Virus record (IMG/VR): IMGVR_UViG_3300035208_005856
Span: 1 to 64,000 of that record
Origin: a virus
Taxonomy: Duplodnaviria > Caudoviricetes
DNA: 64,000 nt
Strand: one strand, 5' to 3'
Positions 38,645 to 48,890 of this stretch are shown here, one piece after another. The notes beneath the pieces were generated by a model that worked only from the letters and a program-made list of their open reading frames with translations, was not told the origin of the DNA and did not search any database. The position numbers were made by a program, and so were the translations under genes. Each line of letters opens with the position of its first letter. Position 1 is the first letter of the stretch.

Positions 38645-39488
38645 TGGCTAATAACTCCTTTAACGGCCTGTATTTAAACGGAAGGTAGCTTCCGGTATTT
38701 GTTTTATAAAATTTTGTGCCTTGGAATTGTTTTTGGAATTTATCTAAAATACTTTCGTCACTAATTTTTTGACCGGAAAATTTGTTACGGCCTGTTACTA
38801 TTTCGGCATTTACCCAATTTTTAGTTGTCGTGCACAATACTGTTTCATAAAAGTGATTGGCTATCATAGGATCTAAGTCTATTGCCAATGTATTTATAGA
38901 CTTGGCCTTAGCCATACACGCTAAGTGGATGGCGGCTATGGCTATTGTTCTCCAGTAATAGAGATAGCCATTAAACTCGGTATCAAAATGTCCTTTTTTA
39001 TAATCAGCAAAATTTGTATTAGGATCTACTTTTTCACCTTCCCACCTAAAGACATGGGTTATTTTATCAAGCAACCAACTATTTTGGCTATCCTGTTCCA
39101 GCCTGGCTATTGTCTTATTTATTGTCATAATATATTTCGACTTAGAAACTAAAGGCACACATACGTCAGCCCCCTGATCACCCCATAATGCTATATCAGA
39201 TGGAAAAAAACATGGAAATAAATTAAGGCCTATTGTTACGATGTTATCGTTTTTAAAACCGTAGTCTCTATACATTTGTTCGTACCTAATATGATCTTCT
39301 TCTGATATAGTTATAGAATGATCCAGTATCTTATTCCTTTCTGGATTCATTTTTAAGGCCGTTTTACTAACAGGCTCATCATACTCGCCGTCAAAAAAAA
39401 TGTCATTAACAACAGGGCTACAGCCTATAACAATAACATCTTTACCCTCTAATAACTCCAGTACATCATCAAAATTATTTTTTTGCAT
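38619..39488 (-). CDS. Maf/DUF115-like (CstII-fold) glycosyltransferase
   Basis: GKDVIVIGCSP, TIGLN, AAIHLACMAKAKSINTLAIDL, HFYE. Confidence 0.6.
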   Translation of the reverse strand: MQKNNFDDVLELLEGKDVIVIGCSPVVNDIFFDGEYDEPVSKTALKMNPERNKILDHSITISEEDHIRYEQMYRDYGFKNDNIVTIGLNLFPCFFPSDIALWGDQGADVCVPLVSKSKYIMTINKTIARLEQDSQNSWLLDKITHVFRWEGEKVDPNTNFADYKKGHFDTEFNGYLYYWRTIAIAAIHLACMAKAKSINTLAIDLDPMIANHFYETVLCTTTKNWVNAEIVTGRNKFSGQKISDESILDKFQKQFQGTKFYKTNTGSYLPFKYRPLKELLANDNIPADL

Positions 39489-40056
39489 TCTGTCTTCTCT
39501 CCCATGCCATTTTTATTGGATGCTCTTTTTCGTCTTCTTCTACTTTTTGACTAACCTCATAAACCTCTTCTGGTTTTAAGTAAGGTAATGAACTTTTTAT
39601 CATCCCTTCAGTCAAGTACTTAAAGAAATTCTCATAGTGAGATACGCAGTATCTCACTATGTTAGCATTGTTTGTGGCGTTATTCTTATCGCCTTCCCAT
39701 CCGCATTCATGCCAAGCGCTAAAAATAGCGTGTCTATTTCTTTCTAGTTTCTTGGCCTCGAATTCATCGTAATCATCAGCCTTGTAAATTGTGTCCAAAG
39801 TGTTTTCAAGATAGCCAACGACCTCTAAGAAATTCTTCTTATCAGGAGTGCCATTGAAGCCAGATACACAAGCAAAGTACAAATACTGAGCCTTTTCTTT
39901 TTCCAGGTTCTTTATGGCCAATAACTTATTTTCAAGCATCTTAGGAGTATAGGAGTTAATGAGTTTCTGGTAGTCTATTGCCATGCCGTTAGCCGACAAT
40001 AGTACTAAGCTCTCGTTTAAATTTCTGGCATCAACCCTGACGAACCTTTCAGGTTC
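39475..40056 (-). CDS. Tail assembly chaperone T segment (reached by -1 frameshift)
   Basis: The -1 frame is open from the slippery site (KKEPERFVRVDARNLNESLVLLSANGM...) to the stop at 39475. Confidence 0.7.
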   Translation of the reverse strand, partial: EPERFVRVDARNLNESLVLLSANGMAIDYQKLINSYTPKMLENKLLAIKNLEKEKAQYLYFACVSGFNGTPDKKNFLEVVGYLENTLDTIYKADDYDEFEAKKLERNRHAIFSAWHECGWEGDKNNATNNANIVRYCVSHYENFFKYLTEGMIKSSLPYLKPEEVYEVSQKVEEDEKEHPIKMAWERRQNAKK

Positions 40057-40655
40057 TTTTTTTTTACAAGTTTTAGAACTGTATCCATGATACAGTTCTG
40101 TTCAATTACGGTATTAAACGCATTACACCATTGCATCCAGGTGGCTGTTTTTTCGGCTAATGCCACGCTGCTTTCAATAGCCTCAATTAATCGAAGTCTT
40201 TTTCTGAGATCGTGTCTTAGAAGGAATCCTAATACTATTCTTTTTATCTTAACAAATAAGGAACAAAAACCCATCCCCTGTTCTAGTACTTGGCTTAGCT
40301 TATAGATCTTATTATTAATCTCAAACAAGGCTGTTATTTTATTGTATGTCTTCTCGTCAACACAGCTCAAAATAAAAGATTGAAGATTGATGTTATATTT
40401 TTCAAGAGCATTCCACGAAATAAGCATTTCGCTAAACAGAAGCTCTGAGTTATTAGCATCTAGATATAATTGAATTTCATCTTCGCCCTTATCTCCCAGA
40501 TAAGATAGAATAGGAGACAGTAGCATATCATATTGTTTAAGACTCAGGGCATGACTTTCATAACTACCCAGCCCAAGAGTTATTAATCTTGGACTTCTTA
40601 ACTCCACATCCTGTTCGGTTTTATCCGATTTTAAAGCCAACCCTTTGTTTTTCAT
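40017..40655 (-). CDS. Tail assembly chaperone G
   Basis: Ends with in-frame A-AAA-AAG shortly before its stop; lies upstream of the TMP. Confidence 0.7.
   Translation of the reverse strand: MKNKGLALKSDKTEQDVELRSPRLITLGLGSYESHALSLKQYDMLLSPILSYLGDKGEDEIQLYLDANNSELLFSEMLISWNALEKYNINLQSFILSCVDEKTYNKITALFEINNKIYKLSQVLEQGMGFCSLFVKIKRIVLGFLLRHDLRKRLRLIEAIESSVALAEKTATWMQWCNAFNTVIEQNCIMDTVLKLVKKKNLKGSSGLMPEI
40056..40062 (-). other. -1 programmed ribosomal frameshift heptamer A_AAA_AAG
   Basis: GTA AAA AAA AAG AAC in the G frame; the -1 frame joins the downstream ORF without a stop. Confidence 0.75.
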
Positions 40656-40685
40656 TTTGCACCCTATTATTTACCCTGTAGTTAT

Positions 40686-40714
40686 ATTATACAAAATTTA
40701 ATACAGTTATTCAA
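40686..40714 (-). promoter_or_regulatory. Sigma70-type promoter for the chaperone-TMP operon
   Basis: TTGAAT-17 nt-TATAAT, 30 nt upstream of ATG 40655. Confidence 0.65.
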
Positions 40715-40887
40715 CTATTTATTTAAATCTTTGCTCAGTACTTTTATTATTTCTTCCACTAAATTAGTCTTTGGCGTTTTGTTCCCTTTCTTGTTATCTT
40801 GTAACTTCATAATATAAATAGCTACCCACAGTAATAGAGGGACCATCCCTAAAAACACTATAAAAACAGTAGCTAACTCCCAATAAA

Positions 40888-41280
40888 TCATTCCCCATCT
40901 CCAATGTCTACAACCACAACACGCTTGCCTTCCTTCTTTGCTATATCCACAGCATTTTTAGTTCCCGAACTAACTCCGTCCCAGAATGCTATCATAAAAT
41001 CACAGTCGCCCACTATCTGTCTATTCCTTATCATACCCGCCGGATTTTTCTTACTGGGGTCAGTGGATTTATAGCCTTCCCATTTTGCATAGTGAATAGT
41101 TATTGACAATTGTTTTTCCCGGGCGTATCTTTCAACTAAGTTACCAGCCCCGGAGGCAAAGCCACCTGATATTATATGCCATGGCCCTTGGTTATTTTCT
41201 TTTTCTAGTACCATATCGAGTTCATGCTTAAACTCAGGATAATAATTATAATTCCGGCTACCAACCACTGCTACTTTCAT
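40888..41280 (-). CDS. YspA/SLOG-family (DUF2493) protein
   Basis: VAVVGSR, IISGG..SGA, AGMIRNRQIV, AFWDGVSSGT. Confidence 0.85.
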   Translation of the reverse strand: MKVAVVGSRNYNYYPEFKHELDMVLEKENNQGPWHIISGGFASGAGNLVERYAREKQLSITIHYAKWEGYKSTDPSKKNPAGMIRNRQIVGDCDFMIAFWDGVSSGTKNAVDIAKKEGKRVVVVDIGDGE

Positions 41281-41927
41281 TGCCCTAAATCTCCTCTATG
41301 TCCCAGACTCCAAATTTTTCTCTAAGTTCTTTAACCAACTTTGGTGTAAATTTTATTCCCTTTGAGGTAATTACTATATAATTATTTTGAGTCAAGTACG
41401 CTAATAATAGGTCTGTTATGTCATGGGCTATTCCCAAATCTTTTTGTACCTTATCCTTAAATTCTAGTGCATTTGAGTTATATTCCCCTTCAGTTAATTT
41501 GTATAGACCTTTATTTATTCCGTTAAGTAGCGAGACTAACAGTTTTTCGTATTTATTTAAGTTCATTATCTTGGCACTCCTTTAGCTTCTAAAGAAACTA
41601 CTAAAACCTTTCACTATCTTCCCAAGGAGAGACTTGTCTTTAGCAACTATACCGGCCCTAGCTTGCATTTGAGTCTCAGGTTGTGGCTTAATGCTTTCGT
41701 ATTTGTAACACCAGTTATCAAAATAATATACTTTGTCATCCAACCGGCATTTACCATCCAGCCCCTCTTTGTCAAAATAATTATTACAGGTAGTACACAT
41801 ATAGGGTTCTAGGGCACTAACATAAGGCCTGTCTCTTGATCCACCTGGATAATTTGCCTTTCCGGTTCTATTCTTATAATCTTGGTGGTACCCTGCTTCT
41901 CTATATACCATAATGTCTTCTCCTTTG

Positions 41928-42746
41928 TTATTTAGCGTAACAGTATATACATGAATGTTGACAAGTTCCGTATTCTCCAATATCTACAGTCTTTACACAA
42001 CCACATTCTTTCCTGCTTGTTGACTTTGAGAATTCAAATGGCTTACCTATTAGTTTAGTAATTAACTCAGGGTCTATGCAATGAGCTTTCTTAATCAGTT
42101 CGTCACCATAGGCGTTAAATCGAATGCTGTCTTCGCAACATGCCGATACCTCAATACCATATTCTTTAGCAATATCAGACAAGTCGCAAGCTACTTTTTT
42201 CTGAACCTCTAGGTAGTCATATACCTCTATCCCAGCGTCTTTAAATGCGTTTTTGGTTTTATTATACATATCCACAAAAGAAATAGTGCATTGGGTTATT
42301 GCTCCGTCGCCCAATATACAAAGTTGGTCTGCTATAAAATCAAAGTGATTAACATGCCATTCGGGGGTAAATTCCTTGGTGATTATAATAGGATCGTATC
42401 TCCATATTATTGGAATATTACTGTTATGCATTGTTATGTCATAAACCTGACGGACTGATTCCATTACATCTGGAACGTTAGGCTCAATAGAAAAGGGATA
42501 GCCGTTAATTGTAAATTGAAAATAATATTTAATGCCATAACTATCCAATATATGCAGTTTTGGAATCAAATGTTCGTAGTTTTTAGACCAAAAAACAATA
42601 CAATCAATATCGTCCCTCTTTATACTGTACCTGTTTTTAGTATAGGGATTGGTATATTCCAAATTCCCAGCCTCTAACTGTCTTAAAAATTTTCTATGGT
42701 GAAAGGCCGGAATATCAGTTCTCATACTCGCTGATATTATTGTCAT
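41928..42746 (-). CDS. DUF1848 family radical-SAM-related protein
   Basis: IISASMRTDIPAF, VFWSKN, WRYDPI, CGC...DIG.Y.TCQHSCIYCYA. Confidence 0.88.
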   Translation of the reverse strand: MTIISASMRTDIPAFHHRKFLRQLEAGNLEYTNPYTKNRYSIKRDDIDCIVFWSKNYEHLIPKLHILDSYGIKYYFQFTINGYPFSIEPNVPDVMESVRQVYDITMHNSNIPIIWRYDPIIITKEFTPEWHVNHFDFIADQLCILGDGAITQCTISFVDMYNKTKNAFKDAGIEVYDYLEVQKKVACDLSDIAKEYGIEVSACCEDSIRFNAYGDELIKKAHCIDPELITKLIGKPFEFSKSTSRKECGCVKTVDIGEYGTCQHSCIYCYAK

Positions 42747-42943
42747 CTTATGATTTCTCCTTGGTTTTAAATAATTTTTTACAAAAATCGGTTCTTAAAA
42801 TACTATAATCCTTATCGTAGCATAAATGTGAATTATTCAATGCGCATTTATATGATTTCAATTTTTTGCATTTAGAGATGCTACAATGGTTTTCGTCTTC
42901 CACTACTACTCTGTTTTTAAATTCTACGCCTACCATTTAATTA

Positions 42944-43672
42944 TTATTCCTCCAATGCTTTATATTGTATTATCTTAATATCAAAACTATCATCATATAA
43001 CCTATCCCCAAATTCTCTCCTAAATAGGGGTTCAAGAATATTTTCACTAGATTCATGATCACATGCCGTAAACGTGAGATAGAAATTAATACCTGACCTT
43101 AAAATAACATCTATGTTTCTAAGGATATCATCTGTATCAAAATTATCCACTCCGGTATTGTCTCTCCATTCCCTTTTACTAAGGCCCTTTATGTTAACAG
43201 CATAGAGTGCATTATTACGTTCTAATCGTGATAGTTCGTCAATTTTATAACGCCCTTCGACAAGAATAAAATCAGAATGAAAAACGAAATTAGATGGCAA
43301 TTTGTTCAATATCTTATGCCAATATCTGACGTATAGAGCAGGAGCTCCTCCCATTAGGTGAAATACTTCTTGGCCGGAATTCTTAAAAGAAGAGATTAAT
43401 TGATCGGTATCTAAATAATGCGGGATTCTATGAACCCCGCCTGGAGTAACATAACAATAAGGACATGCCAATGGACATCCGTTCAACTGGACCACAAATT
43501 GATTAGACACTTCTTTCCCTAGTCTTTTAAGGCATATTTCTGAAAATTTATCATATCCGCCACCGGCCGTTTTTGTGTTACATTTTCTAAACAGACCTCC
43601 TTCTAATAGATCATCTTTTTTAATATCTCTGCTCTGCTTCATGCAAATAAAATTTACAGGCCACGTTGTCAT
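42944..43672 (-). CDS. Radical SAM protein
   Basis: CPLACPYC (CxxxCxxC) and FHLMGGAP. Confidence 0.75.
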   Translation of the reverse strand: MTTWPVNFICMKQSRDIKKDDLLEGGLFRKCNTKTAGGGYDKFSEICLKRLGKEVSNQFVVQLNGCPLACPYCYVTPGGVHRIPHYLDTDQLISSFKNSGQEVFHLMGGAPALYVRYWHKILNKLPSNFVFHSDFILVEGRYKIDELSRLERNNALYAVNIKGLSKREWRDNTGVDNFDTDDILRNIDVILRSGINFYLTFTACDHESSENILEPLFRREFGDRLYDDSFDIKIIQYKALEE

Positions 43673-44512
43673 CTATAACTCCTCCTCTAATTCTTTTTTA
43701 TGAGCATTATAATACTTTGCTCCTAGTACATAAATAAATCCTCTCTCGATGACATAATACCAATTAGTTCCATCTTCGCCATGGTAGTTACGGTCTACGT
43801 CCATGAACCCGTGAGTTACTAACTCCTCTAACAACGGAGAGCTAGAGTTATAACATTTATTTCTATAAGGATCTTTACATTTAGAGCTACCAAAAAGAGC
43901 ATGGTGTAATTTTTTATATGCTTCGTCTGTTAACACAGTCTTAGCCTCGTCTTTAAAGATATTTACTGTCTTTGTTTCTTCTGTTAACATACTATTTTCT
44001 CCTTCATCATGGTAATATCTTTATTTATTTTTTGATACAAAGTTAAATTAAATTCATTATTATCTAATGCCGTTTCATTAATAGCATCCAAAACCTCAAG
44101 CGTTTTTAGAATATTATTGTCTACTTTGCCAATATCATACATACAATAAGCTGCTAATTCCCATTTTGGATACATATCAAATAATTGTTTTGCCGAGAAA
44201 TAAGCACTTAGTACACAAAATATATCATCATTACTGAGTTCATCAATAGCATTATTTAAATTGCCTTTGGAATAACCATACTTTTCGTAAATATCTATCA
44301 GTTCATAAAAATAATATTTATTTAAAGGCATTGTCTTTTGGGATTGCCACTTACCGTTGTCTATTTCTAAAAAGATTTTCATAAAAAAGTAAAGAAACAG
44401 CCAAGAAATAGTTACGTTTTTTATTTGGCAAAAAACTTTAGGCATGGAATCTAATCTTGATACTACCCTTAATAAATCAATTTCCGAGAATTGAGTAATT
44501 CCTAATCTACGA

Positions 44513-45043
44513 CTAGTCACTATCTCCTCCCCCTTCGTCCTTAAATAGTATATCATCGTTATGGTTCTTTATGAACCACTGGAAGGTATCAATGCGTTTT
44601 TCTTTAACCAACCACAAAAGACCTTTTTGTCTGCAACAAATTAAGTGCAATATATCGTATACGTATCTGTTATAAAAATCGCTGCCATTTAATAACTTAA
44701 AGTCCATCTTGTCAAACATGTAGTGTGCAATGCCTGCGCTTCTAGAAAATCCAGCCTCACAGTTTATATATACATGTTCATTATTTATTTTTGCGGTATA
44801 AATAACATCTAGAACCTTTTCTCCCATCTCAAAATCAAATAACTTGAAATTATATTTTGTCAGATCCTTATGCATGTGAAAATAATCAATGTCATCAAAC
44901 TCAAGTTTAAGGATCTTAGATTGGTTCCATGCAGGATGATAAATAAACGGCTCAGCCTTTGGACTTTTAATAGAAATAAGCGGAGCATCAAAACCGTTTT
45001 CGGTTATAAACTCTTGCGGGTGGTAACTAACTGTTAATGCCAT
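44513..45043 (-). CDS. Predicted protein-tyrosine/dual-specificity phosphatase
   Basis: CX5R loop INCEAGFSRSAG; LEFDDI; N.YVY. Confidence 0.8.
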   Translation of the reverse strand: MALTVSYHPQEFITENGFDAPLISIKSPKAEPFIYHPAWNQSKILKLEFDDIDYFHMHKDLTKYNFKLFDFEMGEKVLDVIYTAKINNEHVYINCEAGFSRSAGIAHYMFDKMDFKLLNGSDFYNRYVYDILHLICCRQKGLLWLVKEKRIDTFQWFIKNHNDDILFKDEGGGDSD

Positions 45044-45463
45044 TATTTATTTCCTCCCATAGTTTATCAACACATTTTTGCTCCTCAGCCATTTGAATAA
45101 TTTTATTAAGAATATCAATATGCTTTAAATCTTTATCCTCTTCTTCTCTTAGTGATAATTTTAAAATAATAGCTTCTCGCTTTACATAAGGAAGCATCAT
45201 AAAGCCATAAGCTAATGATTTAAAGTTAACCATTTATTTAAATATCCTCCTGGTTTTCTATTTCAATTCTAATAGCATTAACTTTAAGAGAGTCCTTAAA
45301 TATTACTTTTGGATATTTACAGTTATCGCAACATCTAACATCTCTAATACAATCTACGCAACATAAATATGCGTATTTATCAAAGTCTTTAAGCTTTACC
45401 ACTGCCTCTGGGTATTTATCAATTAATGACAACAAGTCCTTAACTAACATTTTCTAATTTCCC

Positions 45464-46864
45464 TTAACATTTGTGTGCAAAGATAGTAACTACATTGCCA
45501 TGGGCCGGAGGGGATATCTTAGTAGTATCCATTAACCTAAGTAGGTTTTCTTCAGTCTCATGTCGTGTGCCATAAAATGGGTGCTCGACTTTTTCTACTT
45601 CAAAACCGTAATCCTCAAGCATATTACATAGTCCTTGTGTCCCAAACAACGAAACATGTGTCTTGTCATGTAACAACCTAAACTTATCACCAAATCTTTT
45701 AGCCGTAATACTCTCAAAGTCTGGAGTTGTTATAATCAACTTCCCTCCTATTTTAAGTAAATTATTTATTTTTTGGATATATACTACCGGATCTGGCAAG
45801 TGCTCTATAACATGATACATATTAATTGCCTCAAAAGACATATCAGGATAGGGGCTTTCTAGCAGGCATCCAATATGGATGTTCCCGTATTCTCTTGCCT
45901 TCTCTCCTGCATATTCAGATAACTCAGTCCCGTATTTTAGCCACTTACCATTAATAGCACTTAGGATATATCCAAATCCACAACCTACGCTAAGAACAGC
46001 ACCGGGCTCTTGGGTATTTATATAGTCAATAACGTGCTTAGCGTCTTCTAAATACTGCCATTTCTCTCTCTCTTTATTACGTTCTTTGCCATCAGGATCT
46101 ATTGTCTTGCCCCAGTAATTATCTTCGTAGTTAATAACCCCTGCCGGAATTCTTTTCCTAAAATAATTACCAGATTCTTTTCTCTCTCTCTTTTTAAGTA
46201 ATATACTAGCAAGTTCGAGATCAGCAAGGGAATCAATGTCTAATGCATCCTCTTTGGGGATAAGGATATAACCATATCCTCTTCCTAACCTATTATCTAA
46301 TCTGTTATCATTTATAAACAAAGATTCTCTTGTCATTACCCATCCGTTTCCACATTCTCTTATGGCGGGGGTAGAATCCTGTCTGCGTGGCCGGTCAATT
46401 ATTTCTTGGGTATTAATATAAAAACCAAAATCTTCTGTCGTCATACAACATGAATCAACTTCTTCTGTTAATACTTTTTCAATAGCCTTATCAATATACT
46501 CGGTTCTATTCAAAGGACTAGTGGCTTGTAGAAAAACTATTATATCAATTATAATTCTTAATGAGTTTTCATATACGCTGCAAACTGTCTTTAGTGCAGC
46601 CTCAGATCTAGCATAATCATCAGACTCACTAGAATGACGCCATACAACACTAAGTCTGCTTTGGTCAGGATAGTTATGTACAACATCAGCTATTAGATCG
46701 CAGTCAGTAGATACCACAACTTCTGATATGTACTTAGATTTAAGTGCGGCATCAATCTGGTAATAAATAAGAGGCCGGCCATTAACCAATCTAATATTCT
46801 TTTTATAAATACCCTTACTTCCGCCTCTTGCTGGAATTATTGCTACAATTTTTTTGTCTTGCAT
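45464..46864 (-). CDS. NeuA-type acylneuraminate cytidylyltransferase fused to class I SAM methyltransferase
   Basis: N-terminal IPARGGSKGI.KKN...PLI, VSTD, LQATSP, DID...D; C-terminal VGCGFG, HVIEHLPDP, GGKLIITTP. Confidence 0.88.
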   Translation of the reverse strand: MQDKKIVAIIPARGGSKGIYKKNIRLVNGRPLIYYQIDAALKSKYISEVVVSTDCDLIADVVHNYPDQSRLSVVWRHSSESDDYARSEAALKTVCSVYENSLRIIIDIIVFLQATSPLNRTEYIDKAIEKVLTEEVDSCCMTTEDFGFYINTQEIIDRPRRQDSTPAIRECGNGWVMTRESLFINDNRLDNRLGRGYGYILIPKEDALDIDSLADLELASILLKKRERKESGNYFRKRIPAGVINYEDNYWGKTIDPDGKERNKEREKWQYLEDAKHVIDYINTQEPGAVLSVGCGFGYILSAINGKWLKYGTELSEYAGEKAREYGNIHIGCLLESPYPDMSFEAINMYHVIEHLPDPVVYIQKINNLLKIGGKLIITTPDFESITAKRFGDKFRLLHDKTHVSLFGTQGLCNMLEDYGFEVEKVEHPFYGTRHETEENLLRLMDTTKISPPAHGNVVTIFAHKC

Positions 46865-47677
46865 CTAACTACCCCTATTTCTTCTTTCTCTTTCCACTGC
46901 TTCTTCAAATCCTCTTAGCCAAGCAAATACACCTGCGTCTGTCTCCGTGTAAAACCATGGCATAGTATCGCCAATAGTTATAGTCCTGAGTATAACTTCT
47001 TTACCGCCTACGTCTCTTCTTGCTCCATGCACCTTTGGTCTTTTGCCTATTAGTTTTTCTATAGCATCAAGCTTTGACCGTATCTTTTCTTCATATCCCA
47101 TTAATGTCAACCTCGTAATTCCTAATTAGTCTATCCCTGTCACTCTCCATGTTCTTTATAGCCTCTTGAAGTTTGAGGTCTATCGCTGATTTCATGAGTT
47201 TACATAAGGGATCGTAGTGCAAACGAATTAAATTATGTAGCTCATCTCCAAAAGGACCGAGATTTTTTATTGTACAATCAATACAACCCTTCTCTTCTAC
47301 TTGTCCTTGGAAAAATTTTAGCATGAAAATATTAGGCTCAAAAAAAGGATGATCATCTACTCTCTTTAATTTATCCTTCAGGAACTCAACCTGAGACTTC
47401 CAATACTTATAGCTTGCAATTAGATCATCACCCAACTTGACATAGGCCCTTGCTTGTTCTAGTTTATTTTTTGCCATGTTATTTACTCCTGAATGATAAC
47501 TAAAGCTTTTATCTCGTCTTCTAACTGTTTAATATTGTTTTCAGCGTCAAGTATTAATTGATTGAGTTCTTTTCTTTTGTTTTTATTAATTTCCAACTTC
47601 CTTTGTTGGTCTCCTATTCTATCCTTTAAGCTATTAATCCTATAAAGATCATCAACCTTAAAAAGTTCTGTTGGCAT

Positions 47678-48130
47678 CTAGCTACCTCTTCCTGTCATTA
47701 TATTGTCTTTTATACAGGCGTCTAACACCCCGGGATCTAATGTACAATTCTTATCCAGTTGATAAGTCTTATTTGTTCTGTTATCTGTGCACTGTCCTCT
47801 TTTTTCGTTATAGGTTCTTATCTTATCACCCAGAGGGACTGTTTGTTCTCGAAAATGGATTTTGGCCTTGTCAGAATAGTATTTAGTTAGTCTCAAGCTC
47901 ATTTCTTTCACAGCCTTTTCGGCATTCTGGATTATAGACCTTTCGTCATGAATACTTACCATTATTTTTGATTCCCTGTGATATAACCTTACCCCGTTCA
48001 GGTGCCTATTAACATTCTGGCCACCTTTTCCGTTACTAAAAAATGATTTTTCTATTTTAAGACTATAGGCAAATGTCTCATCCTTTTTGTGAAGAGATTC
48101 TAACCAATCCTTAAATGACATTTTTGCCAA
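47678..48130 (-). CDS. Truncated peptide chain release factor-like protein (GGQ domain)
   Basis: GKGGQNVNR...VRLYH...ERS..QN...A and KIRTYN...TD.R; no PxT/SPF domain. Confidence 0.85.
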   Translation of the reverse strand: MAKMSFKDWLESLHKKDETFAYSLKIEKSFFSNGKGGQNVNRHLNGVRLYHRESKIMVSIHDERSIIQNAEKAVKEMSLRLTKYYSDKAKIHFREQTVPLGDKIRTYNEKRGQCTDNRTNKTYQLDKNCTLDPGVLDACIKDNIMTGRGS

Positions 48131-48890
48131 AGCTCACTTCCTCCCCTGGAAATTCTCTAAACCTGAACATATCTGGTATTATCTTAAAAACAGAGTCCTT
48201 TAAAAACAAGGGAATATCATATAACCTGATACCAGATATAAGTTCGTCAATAGCCTCTCTGATGGCTATAGCATTATAATCGTCTTTCTTCAGACCCTTT
48301 AACGTTCCTATAATAGCCCAGTCAATACAAAGTTTAAGTATCTTTTCGTCATCTTCACTAAAAGCTAACCGCTCAAGGATGGGCTCAAAACTCACAAACT
48401 TAGTTTTACACTTGACCCGTGATAGTATATGCATCCGATCAAGATCTTCAGTCTTTGTTATTGTGACACCTGTCCAACAATTGTCAGGGAAGACATAATC
48501 TAACATACCCTTCGGGTTTTTGGTGAGCAAAATAAAAGTATGCTGTGGATATTTTTTACAATAATCTAAAACCATTTTCCTAACTTTGTCAGCAGGGTAA
48601 TAAGCTTCTCCTTCTATATCCTCTGACCATAATCTCCACTGCCAGTCTCCAAAAACGTCTGCCATGGAGCCTAGGAATATTTTACAAGGTTTTTTTGGTG
48701 GTTTCTTGCTGAACTTGTCTAACCACAAAGTAGGCTCATATCCCCACGGATATATTCCACTTAGTCTTGTTTCTGATAGGTCGAACCCGTAGCAATAAGA
48801 GCATCGGTGCTCGCAGCCCGTTACCGGATTAAAAGTATATCCCTGTTCTCCATTTGGACCCATGGTCCATTCAATACCTGTCTTGTTCAT
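48111..48890 (-). CDS. DUF5131 (phage Gp37/Gp68) radical-SAM-like protein
   Basis: TGIEWT, FNPVTGCEHRCSYCY, SMADVF, LLTKNP, FVSFEP. Confidence 0.88.
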   Translation of the reverse strand: MNKTGIEWTMGPNGEQGYTFNPVTGCEHRCSYCYGFDLSETRLSGIYPWGYEPTLWLDKFSKKPPKKPCKIFLGSMADVFGDWQWRLWSEDIEGEAYYPADKVRKMVLDYCKKYPQHTFILLTKNPKGMLDYVFPDNCWTGVTITKTEDLDRMHILSRVKCKTKFVSFEPILERLAFSEDDEKILKLCIDWAIIGTLKGLKKDDYNAIAIREAIDELISGIRLYDIPLFLKDSVFKIIPDMFRFREFPGEEVSFGKNVI

